Part shown: positions 52,410 through 63,715 of the stretch, piece by piece
Numbering within the stretch: position 1 is the stretch's first letter
Layout: each line of letters begins with the position of its first letter
NCBI GenBank assembly: GCA_013265495.1
Contig: MU057744.1
Coordinates: 2,865,370-2,929,369, forward strand
DNA from: Vicugna vicugna
Lineage: Eukaryota
DNA: 64,000 nt
Direction of reading: 5' to 3'
Made by a program: the position numbers and the translations under genes
The notes under the pieces: generated by a model
Database searches by the model: none
Seen by the model: only the letters and a program-made list of their open reading frames with translations
What the model was told of the DNA's origin: nothing

Positions 52410-53565
52410 GCACGAAAGAGAAGAGGTGCCAATGACAAACGCGCACGGACAAGATTCTCAGCATCAGTGGCCATTAGGGAAATGCAAATTAAAAACAGGG
52501 TGAAATATCACTACACCCGTTTGGCTGAAAGTAACACGAGTAACCAGAGGAGGAGCTGGAGGAACGCTCACACCCTGCGGGTGATCCTGTCAAGTGGTGC
52601 AATCTGGTCGTTTCTTTCAAAAATTAACATGAAGTTTTTGTAGGATCGAGCCATTTAACACCTTGGTATTCACCCTAGAGAAATGAAAGTGTATGTCCAA
52701 AGAAGATTTGTGCAGAAATGTTCACAGAATCTTGACGTGTAATAGTCCAAACCCAAACGTCCATTAACAGGTGACACACAGCTGTGACGCTCAGCACTTT
52801 AGAAAGCAGGAATCAGCACCTGCTGGTAACCAAAGCATGAACAAATCCCTGAACACCGGGCTGGATGGAAGAAATCAGCCCAGAAAGACTGTATAACGTA
52901 CGAGTGTTTTCATATACTCTCGCAGGAAGTGAGGACTGACCTGCAGTGACAGACAGCGGGTCAGCGGTTGCCTGGGGGAGGGGTGGCAGGGCCTGAGGGA
53001 CAAGGGGAGCGGGAGGGACAGGGCTCCGTCCCCAGGACTGCCCCCACTTCAGATGTCAATCCCAGGTCCCAGGCTATCACCTGGACTCCTGACCGATGGG
53101 CTCTAAGTCCAGGTTCCCAAGACCCCGTCTTTGGGCTCGACAATTTGCTAGAACGGCTCAGGGAGAAACTCAGTTCCACTTAGCAGTTGATTGTCCAGGA
53201 TGTAACACAGGTAACAGATATAAGATCCAGATGAAGAGAATCACAGGACGAAGTGTGTGGGGAAGGGGAAGGACCGTCTGTGCTTGCTCTGGGCGCACCC
53301 CTCTCCCAGCCCCGACCCAGAAGCTCTGCAAGCCCGTATCACGGGGTTTTCATGGAGGCTTCCTCACGCAGGCATCGTCAGTGATCAGCCCCATTTCCAG
53401 GCCCCCCTGCCCCGAGAACGGGAGGGAGGGCTGCTGGAAGTTCCAAGCTGCTAATCCTGGCTCCGTCTTTCTGGTGAGCAGCCCCACCCAGGAGCCCACT
53501 CTTACCCAAGTTTGCACTTTAATATGTGCATTTTTTGTAAGTCAGTTACACCTCAATAAACCTAT
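52410..53565 (+). mobile_element. Old L1ME-like 3' end interrupted by a MER21-like LTR
   Basis: CATTAGGGAAATGCAAATTAAAAAC, AGAGAAATGAAAGTGTATGTCCA; terminus AGTTACACCTCAATAAA at ~53545-53560. Confidence 0.75.
53015..53500. mobile_element. MER21-like LTR remnant
   Basis: GACTGCCCCCACTTCAGATG, AATTTGCTAGAACGGCTCA, CATGGAGGCTTCCTCACGCAGGCAT, GTCTTTCTGGTGAGCAGCCCC match recalled MER21. Confidence 0.8.
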
Positions 53566-54199
53566 TAACCTTCTTCTACACTTGCTTTCCTATGTATTTC
53601 TTAGCCCAATAATATTTGGTTTCTATTCCCATCACTTTAGAGAAACAGCTTCAATAAGGTCTTCACTGAGTTGCCTTCACACTGCTCTGCCTGCCTGCCT
53701 GCCCGTCTGTCTGTCTGTCTGTCATCTGTCTCTTGTGTCCTTATTTTACCAGGCCTTGCTGGTGCACCGATGATGGTGGTAATGCCCACTTCTGGGACTC
53801 CTTCACTCCACTGGCTGCCGTGACGCTGCAGTCTGCTAGTGGTCTCCTCGACCCAGCGTGCCACACACGAGGTCACCCACTCCCCGTCGCTAGCATGAGA
53901 CCCGCTTTCAGCTTCAGAGTGGTATTTCCACATGCTTGGTGGACGTCTCCACCTTCCTCCCCAAAGAACAGTGAACACAAGTGAGACACTGAAGTCGCCA
54001 CCATCACCCGAACAGGGCGCCGTGCAGGCCCAGAGCCTGGACTGTGTCTGTCCCAGGAACCCCCCCGGCAGAGCCCTCAACCGCTTCCTCATCGTCTCTT
54101 GCTTGTGTTAAGGGAACCGGCCTCCTGAGCAGCCCCTCTGCTTCTGCTCAACTCCGCGCCAAGCCCAAGCTTCACATGCTATTGGCCATTTCACAGGTC

Positions 54200-55000
54200 A
54201 GCCCAAACCCTCCAGTGGTGCTTTACTAACGGGGAGCTGAAATGCAGACACAGATCTCCCAAGGTCTGGCCTTGGCTCTCATGTTGGCGAACATCTGCGC
54301 TGACCTCCTGGCACACACACTCTGCTCTGGTGACAGCAAACGGCTTTCAGCTCTCCTCGCGCGCCGTGTCACGTACCGCGACCAGGCCACCTTCCCGCCA
54401 TCCTTCCTGCCCGAAGCGCTCTTTCTTACTCTGTTTTCCTGTGTGACCTCTGCTTGTCCCTTCAGATCTAGAGGAGGCTTTAACTCCTCTCGGAAGCCTT
54501 GCTTTAATCCCTTATCAACTCAGATCACATCATACTTATTCCTGTTGGGTCTAGACCCTTTCCGTGCTCCCCAAATGCCACCATTTGCTCAGGTCATAAA
54601 TGCGCTCAGCATTTGTGTGTGTGATGGCCACACGTCACCAGAATCACCTACGTGCTTCCTCTTCCTCATGGCTAATACGTCCCAGGCACTGCGATAGTCA
54701 CTTTATAATCAATTATTCCTCTAAACAGTCCCTTGAATCAAAATCCCCATTTTTAGGGTCTAGTTTAGTAAACTGAGACTTAAAGAGATTGAGTAAATGA
54801 CGTGAGCAGTTACTCACGGGGACTTGAGCTCACCTGACTTGAGCTTGTGTGTTTAGCCATGGGGTAGATGCTCTTACCCAGCACTGTAACCAGCCTTGTT
54901 CCTTCTCTTTCTCTCTCAGCAGACACTGTGCATTCCTCTTGGAATCCCTAAGAATGGGACCTCGCACAGCTGACATTCAACATTTGTCCAGTGAATGAAT
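54200..55000 (+). mobile_element. L2 3' remnant with nested MIR (~54720-54870)
   Basis: L2 terminus ATTCAACATTTGTCCAGTGAATGAAT at ~54975-55000; MIR core AAACTGAGACTTAAAGAGATTGAGTAA. Confidence 0.5.
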
Positions 55001-56239
55001 CAGTTCTGACATCTATATCAGTTTCTTTCCACTGTATCATTTACTGGCTATCAAAGTAAAATTGGAAAAATAATAACTTTTAGTAGGAACAATTCTGAAA
55101 ATTCATCTGCCCCAATTTGATCAAATTTTTATATCAAGAAATTAAATGTCTGATCAATCTTATTCTCCAGTGACCCTCTTCATTCCTCAGTCTTAAAAGT
55201 AGAACAAACATGGATCTGAATATTATGAGATTATTTTTTTAATGCCAAATGAAACACATCTTGTAACTGGTAAGGACTGTGGTAGAACTTGTTTTATATA
55301 CATCAGAAGACTGAGCTGGGGAGAGAATTTTGGAATGGGTACGGGGGGAAAACAAAACTGGTTGAAATGTTGGTAAAGACCTGATACCTAAGTGTCCTTA
55401 GGAACAACTTAAAGGTGCAGCAAACTAAAGGAAGGTAAAGAAAACTTGATTCCATGTGAGAGAACGATGGGGGTGAGCTCTGGTGCCAGGAGTGGTGGCG
55501 AGCCCCGAAGGGCTGCTGCCGAGCTCAGAGGGCCCAGAGACGAGGCCCCGACTTCGTGGGTCCGTGCACCTCGTGTTATCTTCCATCTGAAGGAAGCTCC
55601 CTTTAATGTGCGTCAAAAGCAGACAGACTGTCTGCAGCCGGAGGAGGTGTAGGGGGTACACCTGTCGGCAGCAGCCGACACGGACACGGAGGTGAAGAGT
55701 GGCCAGCTGATCGGCCATTAAAAGTCAGGCTGCCCGTGTCAGCGAAGGTGCCACAACTTTTGAGAGACCTGGAAGATTTTTTTTGTTTTGTTTTGCTTTT
55801 TTCTCAATTAATTCGTGTTCTCATTTATTCATTTTGAGTAACTTTACTGTTTTCGTATTTCATCGTAAGCTTTTGACTAAGTTTGGGGAGTATGTAAATG
55901 CATAAAACTTACTTTGTACCTGCAAGAAGCCTACAGTTAAGAAGATGAAAACAGCCCTGAGTACCCGATGTCCCCATGGGCTCCTCTGCTAAGTGTTCGG
56001 TCAGGCTTGTTTAAGATGGGATAGAGGCGTATATGTAGCAACATAATAGGTGAACAGGTTAATCCTCGTCATAAACAGGGTGATATGGGCAGTGATGCGG
56101 ATTGCATTAGAACATGAGAAGGATGAGCAAAATCTTCTGTGTCAGAGACTGCCTTATGCTGCAAGGAGGCAGTGTCTCAACACATGCTGTGCAGCAACCA
56201 TCGCAGAAAACGGACAATGTGGCGGAGGTTGCCGTTATC

Positions 56240-56680
56240 TGATATCCATCTTCCCTTTCTTGTTTACAAAATGCAATTATATTCTAAGCTGAAGCCCATG
56301 TTTCACAACCTCCTTTGCAAATGGGATTGCTAATGGTAAGTCAACGGGCAGGTGCTGGATGGGTCTTCTTCAGCTTAAAGTGGACTAAATCAGGCTAGAG
56401 ATTATCCTTTGTACCTCCCCGCCTTACCACTTCCTCCTCCTCCTTGCTCCCAACACAGACATCATTGCAGGAACTCCAGCAGCCACCGTAGACCATGCAG
56501 AGATCTCGGTGAAAACTACGGATTTTGGTGAAGCAGAAAGCTGGGGGGAGCATGCCTCCCTGATGCCTGTGATGTCACCACGCACCTAGATTTTTTCTTG
56601 ATAAGTTAAATAAGTCTCTGTTACACCTAACACTGAGGTTAATTTGAGGTTTTATTTTATACATAGCAAATTGAATCCAA
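56240..56680. mobile_element. MLT1J/K-like MaLR LTR remnant
   Basis: GGAACTCCAGCAGCCACCGTAGACCATG, GAAGCAGAAAGCTGG..GCCTCCCTGATG. Confidence 0.65.
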
Positions 56681-57729
56681 AAAGCACCCGTACAGAAATA
56701 GGATAGTTCGGTCACGGAAGAGTCAAGAAGTTGCCCAGACCCGCGCAGAGGGTCAGACACTGTTACTCTCGCTGACATGTGTCAGCACCACTGGTCCCCC
56801 GCACAACGGTCATTTTCCGCCTCCCCTAGATAATTATCTCTTCATTTCAGATGGCTTTGGGCCAGCTGAGTGCATAACCCCTGAATGGAACCTTCTGTTA
56901 CTGACATCTGTAGCCATCAAGCCAACTCCTCTAAGGGGAACAACTGAAACTTGTAGATAATCGTTTTTTAAGTCAAAGATACTAAACTTCTGTCAATGCA
57001 GCCTGGATTCAGGAACCAAGATGTCAAAGAAGAGAAAAGCACACTGGTTCACTGCTTGTCCCTTAGACACACGAGTGCCTGTGAGCCCAGTAGCTGTTGT
57101 TGGCTTGCAGCCTCCCGGTTTGTCAGGTGAAACTGCAGCTGTCCCCCTTACAGGGAGGGCAAGGAGAGACAGGAGGCAGAGGCAGACACTCCTCGTGGGG
57201 GAGGGGCAGGCTTCATAAGCGAGGGGACTGACACACGAGGCTTGTCTTGCATGGTCACAAGATGAGATCTCTGTCAGAAAATTAACGGTTTATGCAGAGG
57301 CCTTAGTGGGTTCAGCCCAGATGCTCTCAGCATCCCCTACTCCCTGAAGACTGTGCCCTCAGAAGAGCTCTGGCCGTGGGATGGTGGGCGGAACGTGCAT
57401 TCCAAGCACAAGGGCGAAGGTGAGGATCGGCTCACAGGTCAGTCAGCGGTCGAGTCTCCGATGACCTCCAGCAGCTGGACAGCAGGCACTGGACGGTCAG
57501 GAAGCAGAGCAGGGTTTCGGCAGTCTCTCTCAGCTGGGAAACCAAAGCTGAAGTGCATCCTGGGACCCACCCAGGTGTTCAGGTGGAGCCCCTGTCGGAC
57601 TAAGCCCTAGAAGGAGTGGCAAACTGGAACTTGGGCATCTGTCCCCAGGATTAAAACAGACTTTCCGGTCAACTCACACTAGACTCAGTTAAGGTCATCT
57701 GAGTCCACACCAGCTGCCTGCATTCTTGA

Positions 57730-57950
57730 GAAATTAAAGAAAATTAATTAATGATGGGCTGGATCACATTAATGGATTGTAAGACTCAATATGGTAGAGA
57801 TACCAGTTCTGCCCTAGATTGATCTGTGACTGAATGTGACCCCAGTCCACAATCCAGTGGGGCTTGGTGCAAAGTGACCACTGGTTATACACGTTTTATG
57901 GAAACGTAACAATTCACAGTAGCCAAGACAGTTTTAACAAGAAGAGAATC
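57730..57950 (+). mobile_element. Old L1M ORF2 fragment
   Basis: ATGGATTGTAAGACTCAATATGG and TAGCCAAGACAGTTTT correspond to the ORF2 WIGRLNIV..IAKTIL region. Confidence 0.7.
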
Positions 57951-58079
57951 GAGCCAGCAGAGCACAGTGATGAGGAAGCCAGGAGGTGCCTGCTGCCGCA
58001 GAGCACACGGTCCTGCGGGGACGTGAGAGTCGGAGCGCAAAACTTCAAAAGAAAAGCTCGTGACGTGGGGTGACACCCA

Positions 58080-58900
58080 GCCTTGCCAGGGAGCCTTCCC
58101 GAGAAAGCGATCTTTAAGCTGAGGCCTTGCGCATGAATGGTGGTTATGCAGGAGAACAGGAGAAGTGGGGGCCTCCTGGGAGAGGGGAATGCTGGCGGGA
58201 ATTCCCTAGGAAAGAGAGACAGCTTGTAAGGAGGGTGGGGGCGGAGCAGAGGGGACCGGAATGGGGGCCGGAAGCAGCGGACACAGCTGGTTGGTGCCGG
58301 CTGACACTGGCGGGCCTCACGGGGCCTGTTAAGGAATTTGTACTTTATGCTACAGGGTAATGTTTTCTGAGGGGGGAGGGCTCAGCTCAGTGGTAGAGCG
58401 CGTGCTTAGCACGCACGAGGCCCTGGGCTCAATCCCTGGTACCTCCGTTAAACAAATACATACGTACATAAATGAACACACCGACCTACCTGGGCTCGCG
58501 CCCCAGCACCTCCGTTAAAAATAAATAAATAAACCTAGTTACCCCCCCCAAAAAAAAACCCTAAGTTAGTATTTTAGAGGCTCCTCTTCTCCCAGGGAAT
58601 GCAGAGATAGAATTTGCATTATCAAAAGACTGCAAAATATTATTCTGTGTGCAGTGGGGAGGATCAGACACAGAAGCTGGCAGAGAAACGAGGAGGGTCT
58701 TCTCGCAAAAGCTGGGGGAGAACAGAACGGCAGCTGTTCGGAGCAGGGGAGTTGAGGCGGAGAAGAAGCGCCGCGGAGGCTGGGACACGCGAGGGCTGCA
58801 CGTGGTCCTGCAGTGCGGGGCGGCGGGGTGGCCTGGGGCCCTCGGGGCGCCGGAGAGGAGGGGAGGAGCCGGCGAGGGCTAGGGCAGGCGGGGCCCCAGC
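58080..58900 (-). mobile_element. L2 remnant, split by a SINE, with a GC-converted distal part
   Basis: GGCCTGTTAAGGAATTTGTACTTTAT and AATTTGCATTATCAAAAGA match antisense L2; distal collinearity is weaker. Confidence 0.6.
58371..58558 (+). mobile_element. Vic-1-like SINE with duplicated 3' half
   Basis: tRNA-Ala(AGC)-like head; a second CCTGGGCTC..ACCTCCGTTAAA unit at 58489; AAATAAAT..CCCC-A tail. Confidence 0.93.
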
Positions 58901-60689
58901 ATCCCCGCCGCCCGGGCGGCACCTCACGGGCGCCAAGCCAAGGAGGGGTCATGGGGGTCGCGGGAACAGGGACAGGAACCTCGGCTGCAGGTCAAAATAC
59001 AGCCCTGGCTCTGTCTGCAAAGGCTGCGGGCCCTTTCAGCCACAGCCTCCCAGAGCGGCTGACAGCCCTGGGAGCGCCAGCCCGTGTATTCAACAACAGG
59101 TAACTAAGAATCGCGTACAGATGCCTTTTAAACGCCTTTTATGATCGTTTCACAAGGACATTCAATTTCGAAATCACACGTTTCTTACTTTGGCGGCGGT
59201 TATCATTATTTTGTGTTCTTGGGCACACACAAACTCTGGAGCTTGTAAGATGACGGGAGAGAAATTCATGCGTTAAAATTATACCACAGATAATCCGAAG
59301 TAAATGAGGCACGTTAAAAAGTTAAATCCATATATTATAACACTTGTGTGAGTGGAGTCACTGGAGTCGTAATGAAGCACACACAGTTTTATTTCACTTT
59401 GTTTCACTTAAGAACAACAGTTCCCCTCACCAGAATAACTATTGGTGGGCAGAAGTCACCACGATGCGGTTTCAGGGGTGACGGGACACTGAACGTGAAT
59501 CCAGCTTCTGCCAGCCATTAACTTCTGCCACATTTGACAAGACATCCACACCTGGAAAGCCTGTTTCCACCCCCACAAAATGGGTTTCATCAAGAGATCA
59601 AAATAACAGAAATGAAAGTGTCCAGTGCAGTGAGACAGCACACATAAATGTTACGCACGACACTGACTGCGGTCCCGGCCATGACGCTGCCTCAGCTGCC
59701 AGGTTTAAGGCGTTCTCTTGCTTTGCAGTTGTTCTCAATCTTGATATTTCTCATGCACATTCTGATTTTTAAACCTCGATAAACGTGTAAGTTTATGAAA
59801 TTTTGGGGGACTGAATTTGAGGGCAAGGAGTGATGTGTTGAAGGTGTAAGTTGGTGAGTCCCAGGCGTAGGGCTGCTGGGCCGCAGGCGGGAGAGGCCTG
59901 TCGCCCAGTGACGTGAGTTGTGCAGCAGGAAGAAGGTGTGGAAATGGAGGTGAGGGGAGAAGAGGGGCTCCGCCGGGCCACACGGCATTGGTCACCCTCA
60001 GTCTGTGGTACGGCAGCCTTGGCTGTCGAGGGGGTGGCTTGGGTCCGGAACACGGAGCAGCGGGGCAGGGCCCGGGTCTGAGGGAAGCCCAGACGGCACC
60101 AGGAGCTGGGAGAGATGGAAACCAGAGCCCACCTTCCAGCCACACGTGGTGTCATCAGAACAACTGCAAGCAAAACAAAAGCAAGCGAAAGGGTAGAGGA
60201 AAGGAAATGCAAGCCCCCCCCCCCCGCTGGTCCCGGTCCCCTGTCTCCCTCAGCACCTTCTTGGGCGGCTGCAGGCCTCTGCCCAGTAGTCTCCTGCTCA
60301 GCTGTCCTGGGGCAGAGGGCCAGCTGTCACCTCCGCTTTCCAGCTTCTACTGGAGAAGCCGGCCGTTCGCAGGTGCTCACCAAAGGTGTTCATGATGAAC
60401 AGGTAGAGGGTGCCTGGCGAGGACGAAGCTGAGTGCAGCTCCAGCCCCTCCCTGCATGAGGGCTCTTCCTTTAGGATTCATGAGTGCATGTCATCTCTTC
60501 CCGAAGAAAACTCGCCACACCGTGGAGGCTATGGTTTGCACAAAGCCAGGGTCCGTCCCTGCCTGCAGAGTAAAGTCACAACATCTCGAGCTGGAAAGGA
60601 CTTTAAAGGCCACACGGCCCTCCCACATGGCAGGAATTCCTCTGCCAGCGTTCTCTAAGAATCACCATCTGAAGGAGGGAAGCTGCCAG

Positions 60690-60850
60690 TGGTGTTTGGA
60701 TTTGGCTCTGTCACTTACCCAGTTTCCCCAGCTCTCAAAGGGCAGTGCTATGAGTTTCCTGAAAAGGAAGTTGTGAGAATAAAGTAAAAGTTCATAGCAC
60801 CGTAGCCAGCACAAAGGTGGGGTTCCAAGGTGATTGCTACTGTCATTGTT
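60690..60850 (+). mobile_element. MIR remnant
   Basis: TGGCTCTGTCACTTAC..CAGTTTCCCCA..GTTGTGAGAATAAAGT..AGCAC. Confidence 0.6.
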
Positions 60851-61240
60851 CTCTGTTGGGACGTTTCCTGAGATGAAAATCTCACCCCGTCTGTAGGACA
60901 GACGGACACCGTGTAAAGGTCAGGCCAGGTCTTCCTTATCATGAGTGGAGCCCACGTCCCCAGAACTTCCTCTAGAACTGCATAATGTGTTTACTCTCGC
61001 TCCCAGAGTCTAAAAGGGCCATTCATGTCCTGTAAGTCTTCCAAGCAAAGCTGCGTCCTTTAACCATTAATCAACATGTCTTGCAACCCATGAGGCACAG
61101 CCCAGTGCCTGGCATTTAGCAAAGTTCAGTGAATGCTTTTAAGTAAGAGAATGACAAAGGGGACACGTGAGAAACGAAAGTGAATCTCAACCATTCGACC
61201 CTTGGCCCTCCCTTTTAAAAATCTAGTGGACAGACTCACA

Positions 61241-61380
61241 TTTTTTTTTATTTAAAAAAAAATTCTTGGTGGGGGTAATTAGGTTTATTTATTTACTTAT
61301 TTTAATGGAGGTACCGGGGACTGAACCCAGGACCTCATGCCTGCCAAGCACACACCCTACCACTGAGCTGTCCCCTCCCC
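61241..61380 (-). mobile_element. Vic-1-like SINE
   Basis: TTAATGGAGGTACCGGGGACTGAACCCAGGACCTC..CCACTGAGCT matches the other copies. Confidence 0.92.
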
Positions 61381-61649
61381 ACAACAAACCCATGCTGAAG
61401 AATCAAAGCCGTTCTGTCCCAGAGCGCCAAGGAGTCTCACTTCATACAGTCGACCTACTGCTTTTATTCTCTTACTACAAAGAAAGCTGTATAAGTTTTT
61501 AATGAGTTAATCCCAAGTATTTCTTAGTGAACTTTAGACCAGCCGGGTCTCCCCATTCTTGAGAGCAGGAATCGGGTGCTACTCAAGTTTGCATTCTCCA
61601 CCTTGTCTTGGACCTAGTGCTTTGCAGTGATTAGACACTCAACATATTA

Positions 61650-61940
61650 TTTTTAAAATTTGAACTAGGACTTAACGTGTAGAAATAGCACATTCTAAGC
61701 GTGCAGTTTGATAAATTTTTACATACGTATTTACTTTGCTAAGCACCATTCAGATCAAGAAAGAACATTATCCTCACCCACAAATTTCTTCTTCCCCCTT
61801 ACTGGTAAGTACTCCCCTCCACTCAGGTAACTACCTGCGCCACCGAAAGTTAGTTTACTCTCTTCTTGACTGATTTGACTGCTAGTCAACTTAAAATAAA
61901 TGCATGCATTTATTTCTGGGATTTCTATTATTTTCCATTG
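61650..61940 (-). mobile_element. Old L1ME-like 3' end; its sequence resumes at ~63716-64000
   Basis: Breaks at TTTCTATTATTTTCCATTG and resumes at TTGTCTCTTCC..GCCAACACCAC..GTAGCTTTATAATAAATC, which are contiguous in L1 ORF2 (compare 1520-1600). Confidence 0.65.
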
Positions 61941-61945
61941 TTTTT

Positions 61946-62078
61946 AAAAAAACTTCAAAAAAATTTCTATTTTGGGGGGGTAATTTTGTTTGTTTGTTTC
62001 AAATCGAGGTCCTGGAGATTGAACCCAGGACCTCGTGCATGCTAAGCATGTGCTCTACCCCTGAGCTACACCCTCCCC
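61946..62078 (-). mobile_element. Vic-1-like SINE with 13-bp TSD
   Basis: TSD TTCCATTGTTTTT at 61933-61945 and 62081-62093. Confidence 0.94.
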
Positions 62079-62099
62079 ACTTCCATTGTTTTTTAATTC

Positions 62100-63715
62100 T
62101 AATTTTTTTAAACTTTTTTTTTTTAGCTCAGTTTTAAGCTAACAGCTAAATCAAAGGGAGGATACCAAGATCTCCCATTACCACCTGTGTGCACACACGC
62201 ATGGCTTCCCCAAAATGAACATCACCCACCAGAATGCTACATGTGCTACAACAGATAGAGCTGCATTGGCGCATCTTAGTCACCCAGAGCCCACAGTTTA
62301 CGTTACAGTTCACGCTCAGTGCTGTGTGCTCTGCGGACACATTTACACTGATGTGCAGCCATCAGTTTGGTATTAGAGTATTTCCATTGCCCTAAGAACA
62401 CTCTGGGCTCCATCTCTTCATCCCTCCCTCCCCTCCAATTACTGGCAACCAGTAATCTTTTTACAGCCCCTGTAGTTTTTCCATTTTTTTATCTCATATG
62501 GTTGGAATCATATGTAGACTTTCCAGATCGGCTTCTTTCACTTAGCAATGTTCATTTAAGGTTCTTCCTCATCTTTTCATGGCTTGATAGAGCACGTACT
62601 TCATTTTAGTGCTGAATAACATTACATTGTCCGATGTATCAGTTTATTGATCCCTTCACCTACTGAGGGAAGTCTTGGTGGCTTCCGGTCTTGGCCACTG
62701 TGAATAAAGCTGCAGTAAATATTCAAGTGCAGGTCTTTGTGTGGACATATGTTTCCTGCTCCTCTGGATAAATACTAAGGGGTGCACTGGTTAGGTCATG
62801 TGGGGAGAGTATATTTTGTTTTGTAAGAAACTGCCAGAACGTCTTCCAAAGGCTTGTTCTGCGCTCTTCCCAGTGATGAAGGGGAGTTCCTGAGCCCCGC
62901 GTCCTGCTGAGCACCTGGCGCTCCAGATTTGGTCCCCCTCGGGGTGCGCAGTGGGGCCTCCCGCTCGCCTTAATCTGCATTTCCCTGATGCCGCAGTGTG
63001 GAGCGTCTTTCACACGCTGCTTTGTCATGTGTGTGTGTTCCTCACTGAGGAGTCTGTTAAGGTCTGTGGCCCACTGTTTGGCAGGATTGTTCTTTTCTTA
63101 CTGAGTTCTAAGAATCGTCTGTATGTTCTGAATAATGGTCCTTTATCCAGTGTGTCTTCTGCGAATGTTTTCTCCCAGTCGGTGGTGGCGTCTCTTCTCA
63201 ACCTTTCGGCGTTGTCTTTCACGGAGCAGAAGGTTTTAACTTTAATGAAGCCCGCCTTATCAATGATCCCGTCCGCGAATCCTGAAAACTCGCGGCCACG
63301 CCCCAGGGCGCCGAGGTTTTCTGTGCCGCCTTCTGGGGGTTGCGCGGTGGTGCGCGCGCGGCGCGCTGCCCCGTGGCGGGGCTGGGGGTGGGGGGTCCGC
63401 GCCGGGTCGCAGCGTGAGGCCCGGGGTGGCTGTGCGCTGCCGCCGGAGGGGCTCGTCCACCGTCTCGCCTTTGTTCCTCTGCCCACGGGGAGTCGGCCGC
63501 CTCCCCGGCCTGCCCTGCGCTCTCTGTGTCTACCTCTGCTCCGCGCCACCGGCCCTCTTCCTCTCCGCGCACAGCGCCCACGGCGACTTGGCGACGCAGC
63601 TTTGCCGTCTGTCCGGAGCCGGGCGATGTCTAGTCTTCAGCCTCGCCGCCTCCGTCAGCGCGTTTCGGCCGTTCTGCGTCCGCTGCCTCTTCGCGTGAAC
63701 CTGAGACTCTGCATC
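62100..63715 (-). mobile_element. L1MC1/2-like element whose 63.28-63.7 kb part is GC-converted
   Basis: 3' UTR collinear with 41944-42615; minus ORF reads IDKAGFIKVKTFCSVKD..DWEKTFAEDTLDKG (L1 ORF2). Confidence 0.88.

Noticed and set aside
53096..53773. 225-aa ORF
   Set aside because: It runs through a MER21-like LTR, an L1 end and a simple repeat; most likely a chance ORF.
58374..58447. tRNA-Ala(AGC) gene
   Set aside because: It is a SINE head: altered T-loop/B-box (GGGCTCAA), SINE tail, and four paralogous copies in the window.
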